Notes under the pieces: model-generated
Database searches by the model: none
The model's input: the letters and a program-made list of their open reading frames with translations, nothing else
Told to the model about the DNA's origin: nothing
Translations under genes and position numbers: made by a program
Assembly (NCBI GenBank): GCA_963664395.2
Contig: OY761159.2
Location: forward strand, 3,936,001-4,000,000
Origin: Candidatus Binatia bacterium
GTDB taxonomy: Bacteria > Desulfobacterota > Binatia > Bin18
Reading direction: 5' to 3'
Length of the DNA: 64,000 nt
Part shown: in pieces, positions 17,200 through 26,876 of the stretch
Layout: every line of letters begins with the position of its first letter
Position numbering within the stretch: the stretch's first letter is position 1

Positions 17200-20085
17200 A
17201 TGACGACTGCTGAGGCGGCGCAGCCGCGCTACATTGTTGGCATTGACCTGGGCACGACAAACTGTGCGGTCGCGTATATTGATACCGCCCGCTCGGCCGA
17301 GATCCTGCCCTTTTCCCTTCTGCAATTAATCAACGAAGCAACGGTTGCTGCTCAACCAACGCTTCCGTCGTTTCTGTATTTACCCGGCCCGCGCGATCTG
17401 CCGGAGGGCAGTCTGAGCGTACCGTGGGACCGTGAGCCGACGTTTGTTGTGGGGCAGTTTGCCCGGGTCCAAGGCGCGCGCATACCCGGCCGTCTCGTCT
17501 CTTCAGCCAAGTCGTGGATGTGCCATGCCGGTGTGGACAGACAGGCCGCTATTTTACCCTGGGATGGACTGTCTGAAGTAAAAAAAATATCACCGGTTGA
17601 GGCGGCCGCTCGCTATCTGCTGCATCTTCGTCAAGCGTGGCGGCACGCAATGGGCAAAGCCTATCCGCTGGAAGAACAACAGATCATCCTGACCGTTCCC
17701 GCCTCCTTTGATGAAGTCGCCCGCGAACTGAGCGTAGAAGCGGCCGGGCGCGCCGGGCTCTCTCAACTGACGCTCTTAGAAGAGCCCCAAGCGGCCTTAT
17801 ACGCCTGGGTAGGCGCGCATACGGACTCATGGCAGACGCAACTCAAGGCAGGTGACGTTATTTTGGTGTGTGACGTTGGTGGGGGGACGACTGATCTCAG
17901 TCTGATGACGGTCACACAAGGCAAGAATCAGCTCGGCTTGGAACGGATCGCTGTCGGCGAGCATCTGTTGCTTGGGGGCGATAATATGGACGTGGCGCTG
18001 GCACGTCTGATCGAAGGTCGTCTCAACGCGGGCAAACGGCTGGACTCCCAACGCTGGCATCTATTGTGTCAGTTGTGTCGGACGGCCAAAGAAGATCTGT
18101 TTGCAGATGCGTTGGAAGAAACGGTGCGGCTGACCTTGCCCGGTCGAGGCAGCTCGGTTGTGGGCGGTACGCTGAGTGACGGCCTGACCCGAGCAGACAT
18201 TGAACAGATCGTCCTTGGCGGGTTTTTCCCCAGCGTCGAAGCTGAGGCGACACCCCGGCGAGGCGGACGGGCCGGACTCCAGGAGTTCGGGCTTCCATAT
18301 GAAACAGAACCGGAGATATTACGCCACATCGCATTTTTTCTGAGACAGCATGCCGACGAGGTGGCACAGACGTCCCTGGGGTTAGCACGTCCTGATGCCA
18401 TCTTGTTTAACGGTGGAGCGCTGACTCCGCTGGCCATACGCGAGCGGATTGCACAGACGGTTGCGGCCTGGTTCCAAAGCGAAGAATCTCACGGCCAAGA
18501 CGATTGGCAGCTCTCCGTCCTTTCCCATTCCAATCTCGATTTAGCCGTCGCCCATGGAGCGGCCTATTACGGCTTGGTGCGGCGCGGCCACGGGGTCCGA
18601 ATTGGCGGAGGGAGTGCCCGTTCGTACTATGTTGGCGTTGGCGGAACGCCCCGGAATTGGCAGGCCAAACAGGCTGACGCTTCAGTATCTGCTGTCTGCC
18701 TCGTACGCAGAGGCATGGAGGAAGGCGAGGAGATTCATCTGACGGAACAGGAGTTCGAGGTCCTGGCCAATCAGCCGGTGAGTTTCCCCCTGTATGCCTC
18801 CAGTACTCGAAGCGGTGACCAACCAGGAGAACTGCTCAGGCTGGACTCGGACGAGCTTGCGTTCTTACCTCCAATCAAAACAGTCCTGCGATTTGGCAAA
18901 AAAACCGGGGTCACCAAAATTCCAGTACAAGTCTCCGCTCGTTTTACTGAAGTCGGGACGCTCGAACTGTGGTGCGAAGCGCGTCAGACTGGCCACCGTT
19001 GGCGCTTGCAGTTTCAGTTGCGCGGAGAAGGGCAGAGTGTAGCGCCGGCGTCCCAAGCGATAGTGAGTGAAGAACAGGTCCTTGATGAAACTCGTTTGAC
19101 GAATGCAACGACTCTTTTGCGGCGTGTGTTTGTGACAGGAAAAACAGAGGGAGAGGACAGTGGCCCCCAGACCCTTCCCCGGCAGCTTGAAGAAATTCTT
19201 GGAACAACGAGAGACAGTTGGCCGCTGAGTGCTATTCGCGCCTTGTGGGATGTCTTGTGGGACGTTCAAAAAGGACGGGCGAAGGGGCCTGAGTATGAAG
19301 CCCGGTGGCTGAATCTTATTGGCTTTCTGTTGCGTCCGGGTTTTGGCCATCCAACGGATGAATGGCGCATGCAACAAGTCTGGAAACTCTACGGTTGGGG
19401 AATCACGCATGCCAAGGCTACGCAATGTCGGGCTGAATGGTGGAATATGTGGAAGCGAGTAGTGGGTGGCTTGAGCCGACAGCAGCAGACGGTACTCCAG
19501 CACGAGATTGCACCTCGCATTCTGCCTATTTCGTCTAAGGCAAAAAATCAGAAGCAATCCGGTAGCCGGAAAGCCGGTCCGCAGGAAGTACGCGAGATGT
19601 GGCAGGTGGCGGCAAGCTGTGAGAGGCTTGATGCCGAAGCTAAAAATAGTATGGGTGAGGCTCTGGTCCGACTTATCGAAAAAGGGAAGGCGTCAGAGCA
19701 GGAAATCTGGGCGCTGTCTCGTCTCGGAGCGCGGTCGCTCATGTACGGCCCGGCCAACTGTGTGGTCCGTAAAGAAAAAGCGGCCCGGTGGGTCCAGCGT
19801 CTGCTTGAAAAAACCTGGCGTCAGCCCGAGGCGACCGCGTTCGCGCTGACGCAAATCGCCCGCTGTACGGGCGACCGCACGCGCGATCTTGATGACGCAT
19901 TGCGTGAACGAGTTGCCGAGCGACTCGCATCCTTTTCGTTCGGCCAGCGGTGGGCTAAGCAGGTCCGAGAGGTCGTTCGGCTTGAGGCCAGGGAGCAGGC
20001 GCGTATTTTGGACGAGACGCTGCCGGCCGGCTTGCAGATCAAGAACATTGAAGACGAGGAGGGCGATACGCGCAGGCTGTCTTGA
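17200..20085 (+). CDS. Hsp70/DnaK-related protein with C-terminal DUF3731-like extension
   Basis: Same NBD motifs as its neighbour, plus a Trp-rich helical C-terminal region. The ATG at 17200 aligns with the paralog N-terminus. Confidence 0.9.
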   Translation: MTTAEAAQPRYIVGIDLGTTNCAVAYIDTARSAEILPFSLLQLINEATVAAQPTLPSFLYLPGPRDLPEGSLSVPWDREPTFVVGQFARVQGARIPGRLVSSAKSWMCHAGVDRQAAILPWDGLSEVKKISPVEAAARYLLHLRQAWRHAMGKAYPLEEQQIILTVPASFDEVARELSVEAAGRAGLSQLTLLEEPQAALYAWVGAHTDSWQTQLKAGDVILVCDVGGGTTDLSLMTVTQGKNQLGLERIAVGEHLLLGGDNMDVALARLIEGRLNAGKRLDSQRWHLLCQLCRTAKEDLFADALEETVRLTLPGRGSSVVGGTLSDGLTRADIEQIVLGGFFPSVEAEATPRRGGRAGLQEFGLPYETEPEILRHIAFFLRQHADEVAQTSLGLARPDAILFNGGALTPLAIRERIAQTVAAWFQSEESHGQDDWQLSVLSHSNLDLAVAHGAAYYGLVRRGHGVRIGGGSARSYYVGVGGTPRNWQAKQADASVSAVCLVRRGMEEGEEIHLTEQEFEVLANQPVSFPLYASSTRSGDQPGELLRLDSDELAFLPPIKTVLRFGKKTGVTKIPVQVSARFTEVGTLELWCEARQTGHRWRLQFQLRGEGQSVAPASQAIVSEEQVLDETRLTNATTLLRRVFVTGKTEGEDSGPQTLPRQLEEILGTTRDSWPLSAIRALWDVLWDVQKGRAKGPEYEARWLNLIGFLLRPGFGHPTDEWRMQQVWKLYGWGITHAKATQCRAEWWNMWKRVVGGLSRQQQTVLQHEIAPRILPISSKAKNQKQSGSRKAGPQEVREMWQVAASCERLDAEAKNSMGEALVRLIEKGKASEQEIWALSRLGARSLMYGPANCVVRKEKAARWVQRLLEKTWRQPEATAFALTQIARCTGDRTRDLDDALRERVAERLASFSFGQRWAKQVREVVRLEAREQARILDETLPAGLQIKNIEDEEGDTRRLS

Positions 20086-20142
20086 GTAAAAGAGCTTGAT
20101 ATTCAGCCGGAATTTCTACCGGTCGAGTCCTGGGAGCCGCGC

Positions 20143-22488
20143 TTACTCTGCCTGTTTCACCGCTCCTGCTTGCATCAACTGATCAATCCGGTCCGGATCG
20201 TATCCAACAACTTCTCGGAGGACTTCTCGTGTATGCTGGCCCAACATCGGCGCAACGCGAGGAATACTCGTAGGGGTCCGGGAGAATTTGGCAAAGAGAC
20301 CTGTTTGTCGCACTTCTCCCCACTCCGGATGGGTATGGGTCGCGATCAAGTCGTTTGCTGCGATGTGTTCATCCTCAAAGAGTTCTGCGATTGATAACAC
20401 CGGGGCGCAGGGGACCCCGGCTCGGTCGAGTTGAGCGATCCAGTCCGCGGTTGGCTGTTTTGCAAAGATGGTGGCGAGAGATTGCGCCAGTGGCCCTTCG
20501 ACCTCGCCTGCGCGTGCTGTGTTGAACGAAAAATCTCGGAATAGGGACGGGTAGCCTACTGCCTGACCAAGTTTCTGCCAGTGGGCAGCTTCCATCACGG
20601 CCAGGAAGAACGAGGAATCAGCGCTCGGATAAATGCGATACAAGGGGCTCTTCCCCCATAGATCAGCTCCACCGTTTTCACAGTCCGGTCGGTTGGGATA
20701 GAAAATAAAATCACCGGATTGGACGGCCATGGCGGCATTGGCCAAAGAGGTCTCAACATGTTGTCCCTTGCCCGTTCGAGTCCGCGCGTACAGCGCCGCA
20801 CTCACACCATAGGCGGTTAAGGTCGCCGCGGCGTAATCGCATATCCCACAGGTCAAATAGAATGGTGGCTGGCCATGGCCGCCTTGCGCACGCATCACGC
20901 CGGAGCGTGACTGGAGGAGGGGGTCAAATCCCGGCTGATTGTAATCCGGGCCGTCCGCTCCAAAGCCGGTGACAGAGGCCTGAATAATGCTCGGATTGAT
21001 GCTGCTCAAGGTCTCGTAATCAAGGCCATAGCGCTTTGTTGCGCCGGGCCGCAAATTCTCGACCACAACGTCAGCGTTGCGTACCAGGTCATAGACGACC
21101 TCTTGTCCTGCGGGCGTATTCAGATTGACTGCTATCCCGCGCTTCCCTTGGTTCCAACCCAAAAAGCCAAAACCAAAAGTACGGAACGCATCACCAGAGA
21201 AAGTCTCAACCTTAATGACATCCGCGCCAAGCTGGGCCAGGACCATCGGTCCTAAGGTTCCGGCGATATAGCTGGAGAAGTCAAGCACGCGAACACCGGC
21301 AAGCGGTGGGGAAGAGAAGGTTGTTTTCCTGGATGCTGAGACAGCTCTGGGAACATGCCGGGGCTCTGATTGCCACAAGCCGGCTTGCAGTTCGTCCGTA
21401 TGTTGCCCTAACACCGGCGCGGGACGAGTGATGGAACCTGGCGTATCAGACATCCGTATAGGCACACCCATTTGGATGGTCGGTCCGAGTTCCGGGTCTT
21501 CCACTTCCACTCGCATGCCGTTGTGAATGACTTGTGGGTGCGCAATGAATTCTTGACGACTCATGACCGGTGCTGAAGGAACATCATGCTCACGCAGAAT
21601 GCCCACCCACTCTTCGCGTGACTTGGTCTCCATAATGGCGGAGATGGTATCTGCAAGTTCTTGGCAGTCTTCTGGCCGGATGCCCCAGGGTGCTTTTTCA
21701 TAGCGCGGGTCTGCGGTCCATTCCGGATGTTCCAGCGCCAGGCAGAATTTATTCCAAAAGGTGGCATTCCCACAGGCGACAAACAGCCAGTCGTCAGAGG
21801 CTTTATACAGGCGGTAGACAGGAATAGGCCCGAGCGGGTCTTGACGACTGCTAAACAAGCGCAACATATCAGGGTGGTAGAGTGTCGCCCCAGTTTGCAT
21901 CGCAAACACGCCGGCTAACCACGAGACTTCGAGGTGCTGGCCTTGCTGGCTCTTCTGGCGCTCAAGCAACGCGGCGCAGATAGCGCTCGAAGCGATAAAC
22001 GCCGCTCCATAACTGGCAATGGGTACTACGAGATACACGCCGCCAGCACGATGCGACCACTGACTGCCGTGGAGTCCGCCGCATGCTGCAACCAGGGCAT
22101 CGTCCGCATACCGCTCGGCATGTGGCCCCGTAGTCCCAAAGGCCGGCATGTGGCAGTAGATGAGACCTGGATTTTCCTCGCGGAGTGCAGCATACGCAAG
22201 ACCGCGGGCTGTTTCTGTCCCAGGCTTGTGATCGGTAATGAGGATGTCAGATTCTGCGACAAGCTGCCGAAGCGACTGCCGGCCGGATTGAGAAGAAAGA
22301 TCGGCCACAATGCTCCGTTTACTCCGATTCCAAATATGAAATCCGGGCGTGCCGCGCATGGAGTCGCCCTGTGGGTGTTCGACCTTGATGGCCTCAGCCC
22401 CTTGCTCGGCAAGGAGCATGCCCGTGTACGGGGCTGCTATGCCTTGGGCACATTCAAGGATGCGTATGCCTGCGAGTGCTCCTGCCAT
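20143..22488 (-). CDS. Tandem two-domain family III CoA-transferase (CaiB/BaiF)
   Basis: Two copies of LAG(I/V)R(I/V)L...LAxxGA(E/D)xIKVE...N(R/Q)xKR. Confidence 0.92.
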   Translation of the reverse strand: MAGALAGIRILECAQGIAAPYTGMLLAEQGAEAIKVEHPQGDSMRGTPGFHIWNRSKRSIVADLSSQSGRQSLRQLVAESDILITDHKPGTETARGLAYAALREENPGLIYCHMPAFGTTGPHAERYADDALVAACGGLHGSQWSHRAGGVYLVVPIASYGAAFIASSAICAALLERQKSQQGQHLEVSWLAGVFAMQTGATLYHPDMLRLFSSRQDPLGPIPVYRLYKASDDWLFVACGNATFWNKFCLALEHPEWTADPRYEKAPWGIRPEDCQELADTISAIMETKSREEWVGILREHDVPSAPVMSRQEFIAHPQVIHNGMRVEVEDPELGPTIQMGVPIRMSDTPGSITRPAPVLGQHTDELQAGLWQSEPRHVPRAVSASRKTTFSSPPLAGVRVLDFSSYIAGTLGPMVLAQLGADVIKVETFSGDAFRTFGFGFLGWNQGKRGIAVNLNTPAGQEVVYDLVRNADVVVENLRPGATKRYGLDYETLSSINPSIIQASVTGFGADGPDYNQPGFDPLLQSRSGVMRAQGGHGQPPFYLTCGICDYAAATLTAYGVSAALYARTRTGKGQHVETSLANAAMAVQSGDFIFYPNRPDCENGGADLWGKSPLYRIYPSADSSFFLAVMEAAHWQKLGQAVGYPSLFRDFSFNTARAGEVEGPLAQSLATIFAKQPTADWIAQLDRAGVPCAPVLSIAELFEDEHIAANDLIATHTHPEWGEVRQTGLFAKFSRTPTSIPRVAPMLGQHTREVLREVVGYDPDRIDQLMQAGAVKQAE

Positions 22489-22526
22489 GGCCGATTTTCC
22501 TCCTACCAGATTCCCGCTTCTGTATA

Positions 22527-23609
22527 TCAGGCGTCTCTCCCGACCGCGTCTCGCAGATGGGAGAATCCTTCTCTCTCCATAATCTGTATCAGCCCACGAA
22601 CAATCCGCTGGGCGAGAAAAGGGCCTTCATAAATCATCCCAGTATAAATCTGCACTAATGATGCCCCGGCACGGATTCGCTCGTACGCATCTTCTGCTGA
22701 GAATATTCCGCCCACACCAATAATCGGCAGCTTGCCTTCAACTGCGCGATACATGCTGCGTAGCACTTCGCGTGCTCGCCCAGCGAGTGGTCGGCCACTC
22801 AGTCCCCCTGTTTCATGTGATGCCGGGCGGAGTCCGGGGCGCGCAACGGTTGTATTTGTTGTAATCAAGCCAGAGACGCCAACCGAGAGGGCAAGCCGGG
22901 CGATTTCTCCAATTTCAGCCTCGCTGAGATCTGGCGCGATTTTGACTAAGAGTGGTTTTTGAGAGGTGTGCTCTGTCTCGGCTCCCTGTCGAATGTGGGC
23001 AAGGAGTGCCTCGAGTATTTTACCCAAGCGTTCCGTCTCTTGCAGTTTGCGGAGCTCCGGCGTGTTGGGGGAGCTGACATTCACGACGAGATAGTCCGCA
23101 AACGGGAGGAGTTTTTCGCAACTTTCGAGGTAGTCCCCCACGGCATCTTCAAGCCGGGTGACTTTTGATTTGCCGATATTGAACCCCAGAGGAACAGGCC
23201 GAGGACGCTGCGGAGACAGCAAGGCTGGCAAGCGCTGGGCGATGGCGCAAGCGCCATCGTTGTTAAAACCCAAACGGTTAATGAGCGCGCTGTCTTGAGC
23301 AAGACGAAAAATACGCGGTTTTGGATTGCCCGGCTGAGCTTTGGCTGTGACTGTTCCTAATTCAGCAAACCCGAATCCCAACGTAGACCAGACCAAGGGA
23401 ACCGCCGCGTTTTTGTCGTAGCCAGCCGCCAGACCGACAGGGTTGGGGAAGCGCAGGCCCCAGAGGTCTTGTGCAAGAAGTTGATGGCTGCATGCCGGTG
23501 TTGGTCGCCGCTGAGATGCCTGGAGCAGTTTAAGGGCATGGATTGACAGCTGGTGGGCGTGTTCAGGGTCGAGAGTAAAAAAGAACGGGCGCAGGAAGGA
23601 GTAGAACAT
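22527..23609 (-). CDS. pyrD: Quinone-dependent dihydroorotate dehydrogenase
   Basis: NPVGLAAGYDK, NRLGFNN, NVSSPNT, KIAPD and GGLSG motifs. Confidence 0.97.
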   Translation of the reverse strand: MFYSFLRPFFFTLDPEHAHQLSIHALKLLQASQRRPTPACSHQLLAQDLWGLRFPNPVGLAAGYDKNAAVPLVWSTLGFGFAELGTVTAKAQPGNPKPRIFRLAQDSALINRLGFNNDGACAIAQRLPALLSPQRPRPVPLGFNIGKSKVTRLEDAVGDYLESCEKLLPFADYLVVNVSSPNTPELRKLQETERLGKILEALLAHIRQGAETEHTSQKPLLVKIAPDLSEAEIGEIARLALSVGVSGLITTNTTVARPGLRPASHETGGLSGRPLAGRAREVLRSMYRAVEGKLPIIGVGGIFSAEDAYERIRAGASLVQIYTGMIYEGPFLAQRIVRGLIQIMEREGFSHLRDAVGRDA

Positions 23610-23617
23610 ACACCGAC

Positions 23618-24331
23618 TTATGCGTCTTTAAGAGACGCGAGATTTGTATGCTTGAGCAATTCGAGGGTCTGAGACGCTGCTGCCTGATGAGCGCGTTTTT
23701 TACTGCGCCCCTCGCCACTGCCGTATATTCTTCCAGCGATGAAAACTTGGCTGACAAAACGTTTTTCGTGGTCTGGTCCGTTCACTTCAACAACTTGATA
23801 AGAGGGCGTTTCCTTAAATATTTTCTGGGTAATCTCCTGCAAACGCGTCTTGTCATCAAATGTGGCAATCCGCTCTGTCTCCAGTAGGTCTTCGGCAAAA
23901 TGCGCGGCAATGAGTTGGGTTGCCGGCAGAAAGCCGCCATCAAGGTAGATCGCACCCAGCATGGCCTCGTACGCAGCGGCCAGAATGGACGATTTCTCTC
24001 GACCCCCACTGCGCTCTTCGCCCCGCCCCATACGCAGCCAATCGCCTAGAGAGAGGGTATGGGCCTTGACTGCGAGTACTTCCGCATTGACCAGCGAGGC
24101 GCGCATTTTTGATAAATCTCCCTCGCGGTATCGAGGAAACTTGCGGAAGAGCAGGTCACTCATCACAAGTCCTAAAACGGCGTCGCCTAAGAATTCCAGC
24201 TTTTCGTTTTGATCTTCGCCCTCCTCACGTTGGACAGAACGGTGCGTTAAAGCGAGTTGGAGGAGGTCCGGGTTGGTAAACGTATAGCCAAGTATGGACT
24301 GAAGCGCACTGATGTCGGTCGGATCAGGCAT
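23618..24331 (-). CDS. rnc: Ribonuclease III
   Basis: NEKLEFLGDAVL signature plus a dsRBD. Confidence 0.97.
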   Translation of the reverse strand: MPDPTDISALQSILGYTFTNPDLLQLALTHRSVQREEGEDQNEKLEFLGDAVLGLVMSDLLFRKFPRYREGDLSKMRASLVNAEVLAVKAHTLSLGDWLRMGRGEERSGGREKSSILAAAYEAMLGAIYLDGGFLPATQLIAAHFAEDLLETERIATFDDKTRLQEITQKIFKETPSYQVVEVNGPDHEKRFVSQVFIAGRIYGSGEGRSKKRAHQAAASQTLELLKHTNLASLKDA

Positions 24332-24336
24332 ACGTT

Positions 24337-25731
24337 TTAAGGAGCGGGAACGGTTCCTGCTGAGGTATCCTGAAGAATAGTACCGGACAGGAGCCCGTCG
24401 GAGGCCCGAGTAATTTTTACTGGAATTTCTCGGTTCATGTACTCATCGCCGCCGTCGGCATAGACTCTGACATAGTTGCGGCTATAGCCTTTGAGCCGGC
24501 CGCTGGCCTTGTCACGCGCGTGCTCAAAGAGGACAGGCAAAGTCTCATCCTCAAATTGGCGGATAAATGCCGCTTTCTTGCGTCCGCCGAGTTCGCGGAC
24601 TTGCCTCGCTCTCTCCTGGATAATAGCTGGAGGGACTTTGTCTGTGAACTTGGCCGCGGTGGTCCCGCTACGGACTGAGTAGGGGAATACGTGAAAATAC
24701 GTGAACGGACTTTCTTCCAAAAAGTTCATCCCCTGGGCAAATTCCGCTTCGCCCTCACCGGGAAAGCCGACAATGAGGTCCGTTCCCAACGCGGCGTAGG
24801 GTAAATGTACGCGCAGTTCGGTTAAAACGTCCTTGGCCAGGGCAGTGTCATATCGCCTCCGCATCCGAGCCAGGATTGAGTCTTCTCCCCACTGTAAGGG
24901 GATGTGCAGATGTGGGCACAGAATCTCAGACTGGGTGAGGAGTTGCACCAAAGATGGGTTGATTTCATGGGGATCAAGTGAACTCAGGCGAACGCGCGGA
25001 ACAGGTTTTCGCTCTTCTATGGCTGTGAGCAGCCAGGTGAGATCGATCTGAGGATCGAGGTCTTCCCCATAGCCGCCAAGATGAATGCCGGTCAGGACGA
25101 CCTCTTGAAAGCCCTGGTCGGCCAAACGGTCGAGCTGGTCCAGGATTGTCCGTGGCGCAACACTGCGACTTTTTCCGCGTGACATCGGAACAATGCAAAA
25201 CGTACAGAACAGATCACAGCCTTCTTGGATTTTAAGAAACGCCCGAGTCTGGCCCTGAAAGGTGACAGCACCAAATGTATTGATACCTGGTGGGGCTTCG
25301 TGTTTGGAGGTCCGCAGGTTACTGACAAAAATCTTCTGGTGTGGAGGCTGATCGGTTGGATGCCCCTGAGAGACCAAGCTGATCAGATCATCCAGTCGAT
25401 TGAGACCGACAACATAATCTACTTCGGGCATTTGAGACACGGCGTCAGGACTCACCTGAGCATAACAGCCGGTCATAATGACGTACGCATCCGGATTGCG
25501 CCGCTTTGCCCGGCGCGCCAACTGGCGACTCTCGACGTCAGCTTGATTTGTTACTGTGCAACTATTGACGATGTACACATCAGCCGGATCGCTAAAAGGA
25601 ACACATTGATGGCCCGCAGCAGATAAGCGTTCTTGCAGTGAGGCTGAGTCGTATTGGTTTACTTTACAGCCCAGCGTGGTGATCGCAACGCGCCGCGAGG
25701 TTTGAGGAGAGGGGGGAGAGTCAAGTGGCAT
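24337..25731 (-). CDS. mtaB: tRNA t6A37 methylthiotransferase
   Basis: TLGCKVNQYD, NSCTVT and KIQEGC-x3-C-x2-C motifs. Confidence 0.93.
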   Translation of the reverse strand: MPLDSPPSPQTSRRVAITTLGCKVNQYDSASLQERLSAAGHQCVPFSDPADVYIVNSCTVTNQADVESRQLARRAKRRNPDAYVIMTGCYAQVSPDAVSQMPEVDYVVGLNRLDDLISLVSQGHPTDQPPHQKIFVSNLRTSKHEAPPGINTFGAVTFQGQTRAFLKIQEGCDLFCTFCIVPMSRGKSRSVAPRTILDQLDRLADQGFQEVVLTGIHLGGYGEDLDPQIDLTWLLTAIEERKPVPRVRLSSLDPHEINPSLVQLLTQSEILCPHLHIPLQWGEDSILARMRRRYDTALAKDVLTELRVHLPYAALGTDLIVGFPGEGEAEFAQGMNFLEESPFTYFHVFPYSVRSGTTAAKFTDKVPPAIIQERARQVRELGGRKKAAFIRQFEDETLPVLFEHARDKASGRLKGYSRNYVRVYADGGDEYMNREIPVKITRASDGLLSGTILQDTSAGTVPAP

Positions 25732-25743
25732 GAATGCGTGTCC

Positions 25744-26856
25744 TTACTGTAGCGGCCCTTCAATCCAGCCGCCGCCTAGTACGAGATCGCCATCATAAAA
25801 CACGACCGCCTGCCCTGGTGTGATAGCTGGATACGCTTCTTGAAACCACACCTCGGCTGTCTGGTCGGCTTTGGAGATGACCGTTGCGGCAATTGGGGTA
25901 TGACGATAGCGGATTTTGGCCGTGACTTGGATTTCAGCAGGCTGATCACCGGATACCCAATTGATATCTTTGGCATGGAGGCCGTGCATCTTGAGCTGTT
26001 CCTTGGTTCCAACCGACACACGGCCCGTTGCCGCGTCAATATGCGTGACATAGTGCGGCTGGGTATAGCCACCGAGTCCTAACCCGCGCCGCTGACCGAC
26101 CGTGAAGCGATGGATGCCGTCATGCGAACCTAAGACTTGTCCAGTCTGATCAATAATCTCACCTGGGATGACGTGTTCAGGGTCTACGCGCTGTTCAATG
26201 AAGCGCGCATAATTCCCATCCGGGACAAAACAAATATCCTGGCTTTCCGGCTTCTCTGCCACGCGCAGGTCTCGTTCGCGGGCCATGGCTCGGACTTGCT
26301 CTTTGGTCAAATGACCAACCGGAAAGAGCGTTCGCTTGAGTTGGGCCTGATTAAGCGTAAACAGAAAGTAGGACTGATCTTTATACAGATCTGCCCCGCG
26401 TAAGAGCTGGGCGGTGCGGGTCGCTTCATCCCAGCCAATCCGGGCGTAATGGCCGGTGGCAATATACGCGGCATCGAGTTCGCGCGCGCGCTGCCACAAC
26501 AGGTCAAACTTGAGATCACGATTGCACAGCAGACAGGGATTGGGCGTACGGCCGCGCTGGTATTCTTGTGTGAAAACGTCAATGACGCGCGTTTGAAAGG
26601 CCTCTTTGAGGTTGAGGACGTAATACGGAATGCCGAGATGTTCGGCCACGCGGCGTGCGTCCTGAAAATCGTCAATGGAGCAACAACCGCCGGCATGACC
26701 CTCGGCTGAGCCGGCGAGCAACATGGAAATAGCAATCACCTCGTAGCCCGCTTCGACAAGCAGGGCCGTTGCGACCGCGCTATCCACCCCGCCACTCAGC
26801 GCCGCGAGGACGCGTTTACCCTGGTTCTCTTGATTGGTGTGGATAGGATTTGTCAT
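25744..26856 (-). CDS. mnmA: tRNA 2-thiouridylase
   Basis: SGGVDS, TPNPC, ATGHY, KDQSYFL, SQDICF and TPGQ motifs. Confidence 0.97.
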   Translation of the reverse strand: MTNPIHTNQENQGKRVLAALSGGVDSAVATALLVEAGYEVIAISMLLAGSAEGHAGGCCSIDDFQDARRVAEHLGIPYYVLNLKEAFQTRVIDVFTQEYQRGRTPNPCLLCNRDLKFDLLWQRARELDAAYIATGHYARIGWDEATRTAQLLRGADLYKDQSYFLFTLNQAQLKRTLFPVGHLTKEQVRAMARERDLRVAEKPESQDICFVPDGNYARFIEQRVDPEHVIPGEIIDQTGQVLGSHDGIHRFTVGQRRGLGLGGYTQPHYVTHIDAATGRVSVGTKEQLKMHGLHAKDINWVSGDQPAEIQVTAKIRYRHTPIAATVISKADQTAEVWFQEAYPAITPGQAVVFYDGDLVLGGGWIEGPLQ

Positions 26857-26876
26857 AGCAAATTCAGCGGCTGTTT

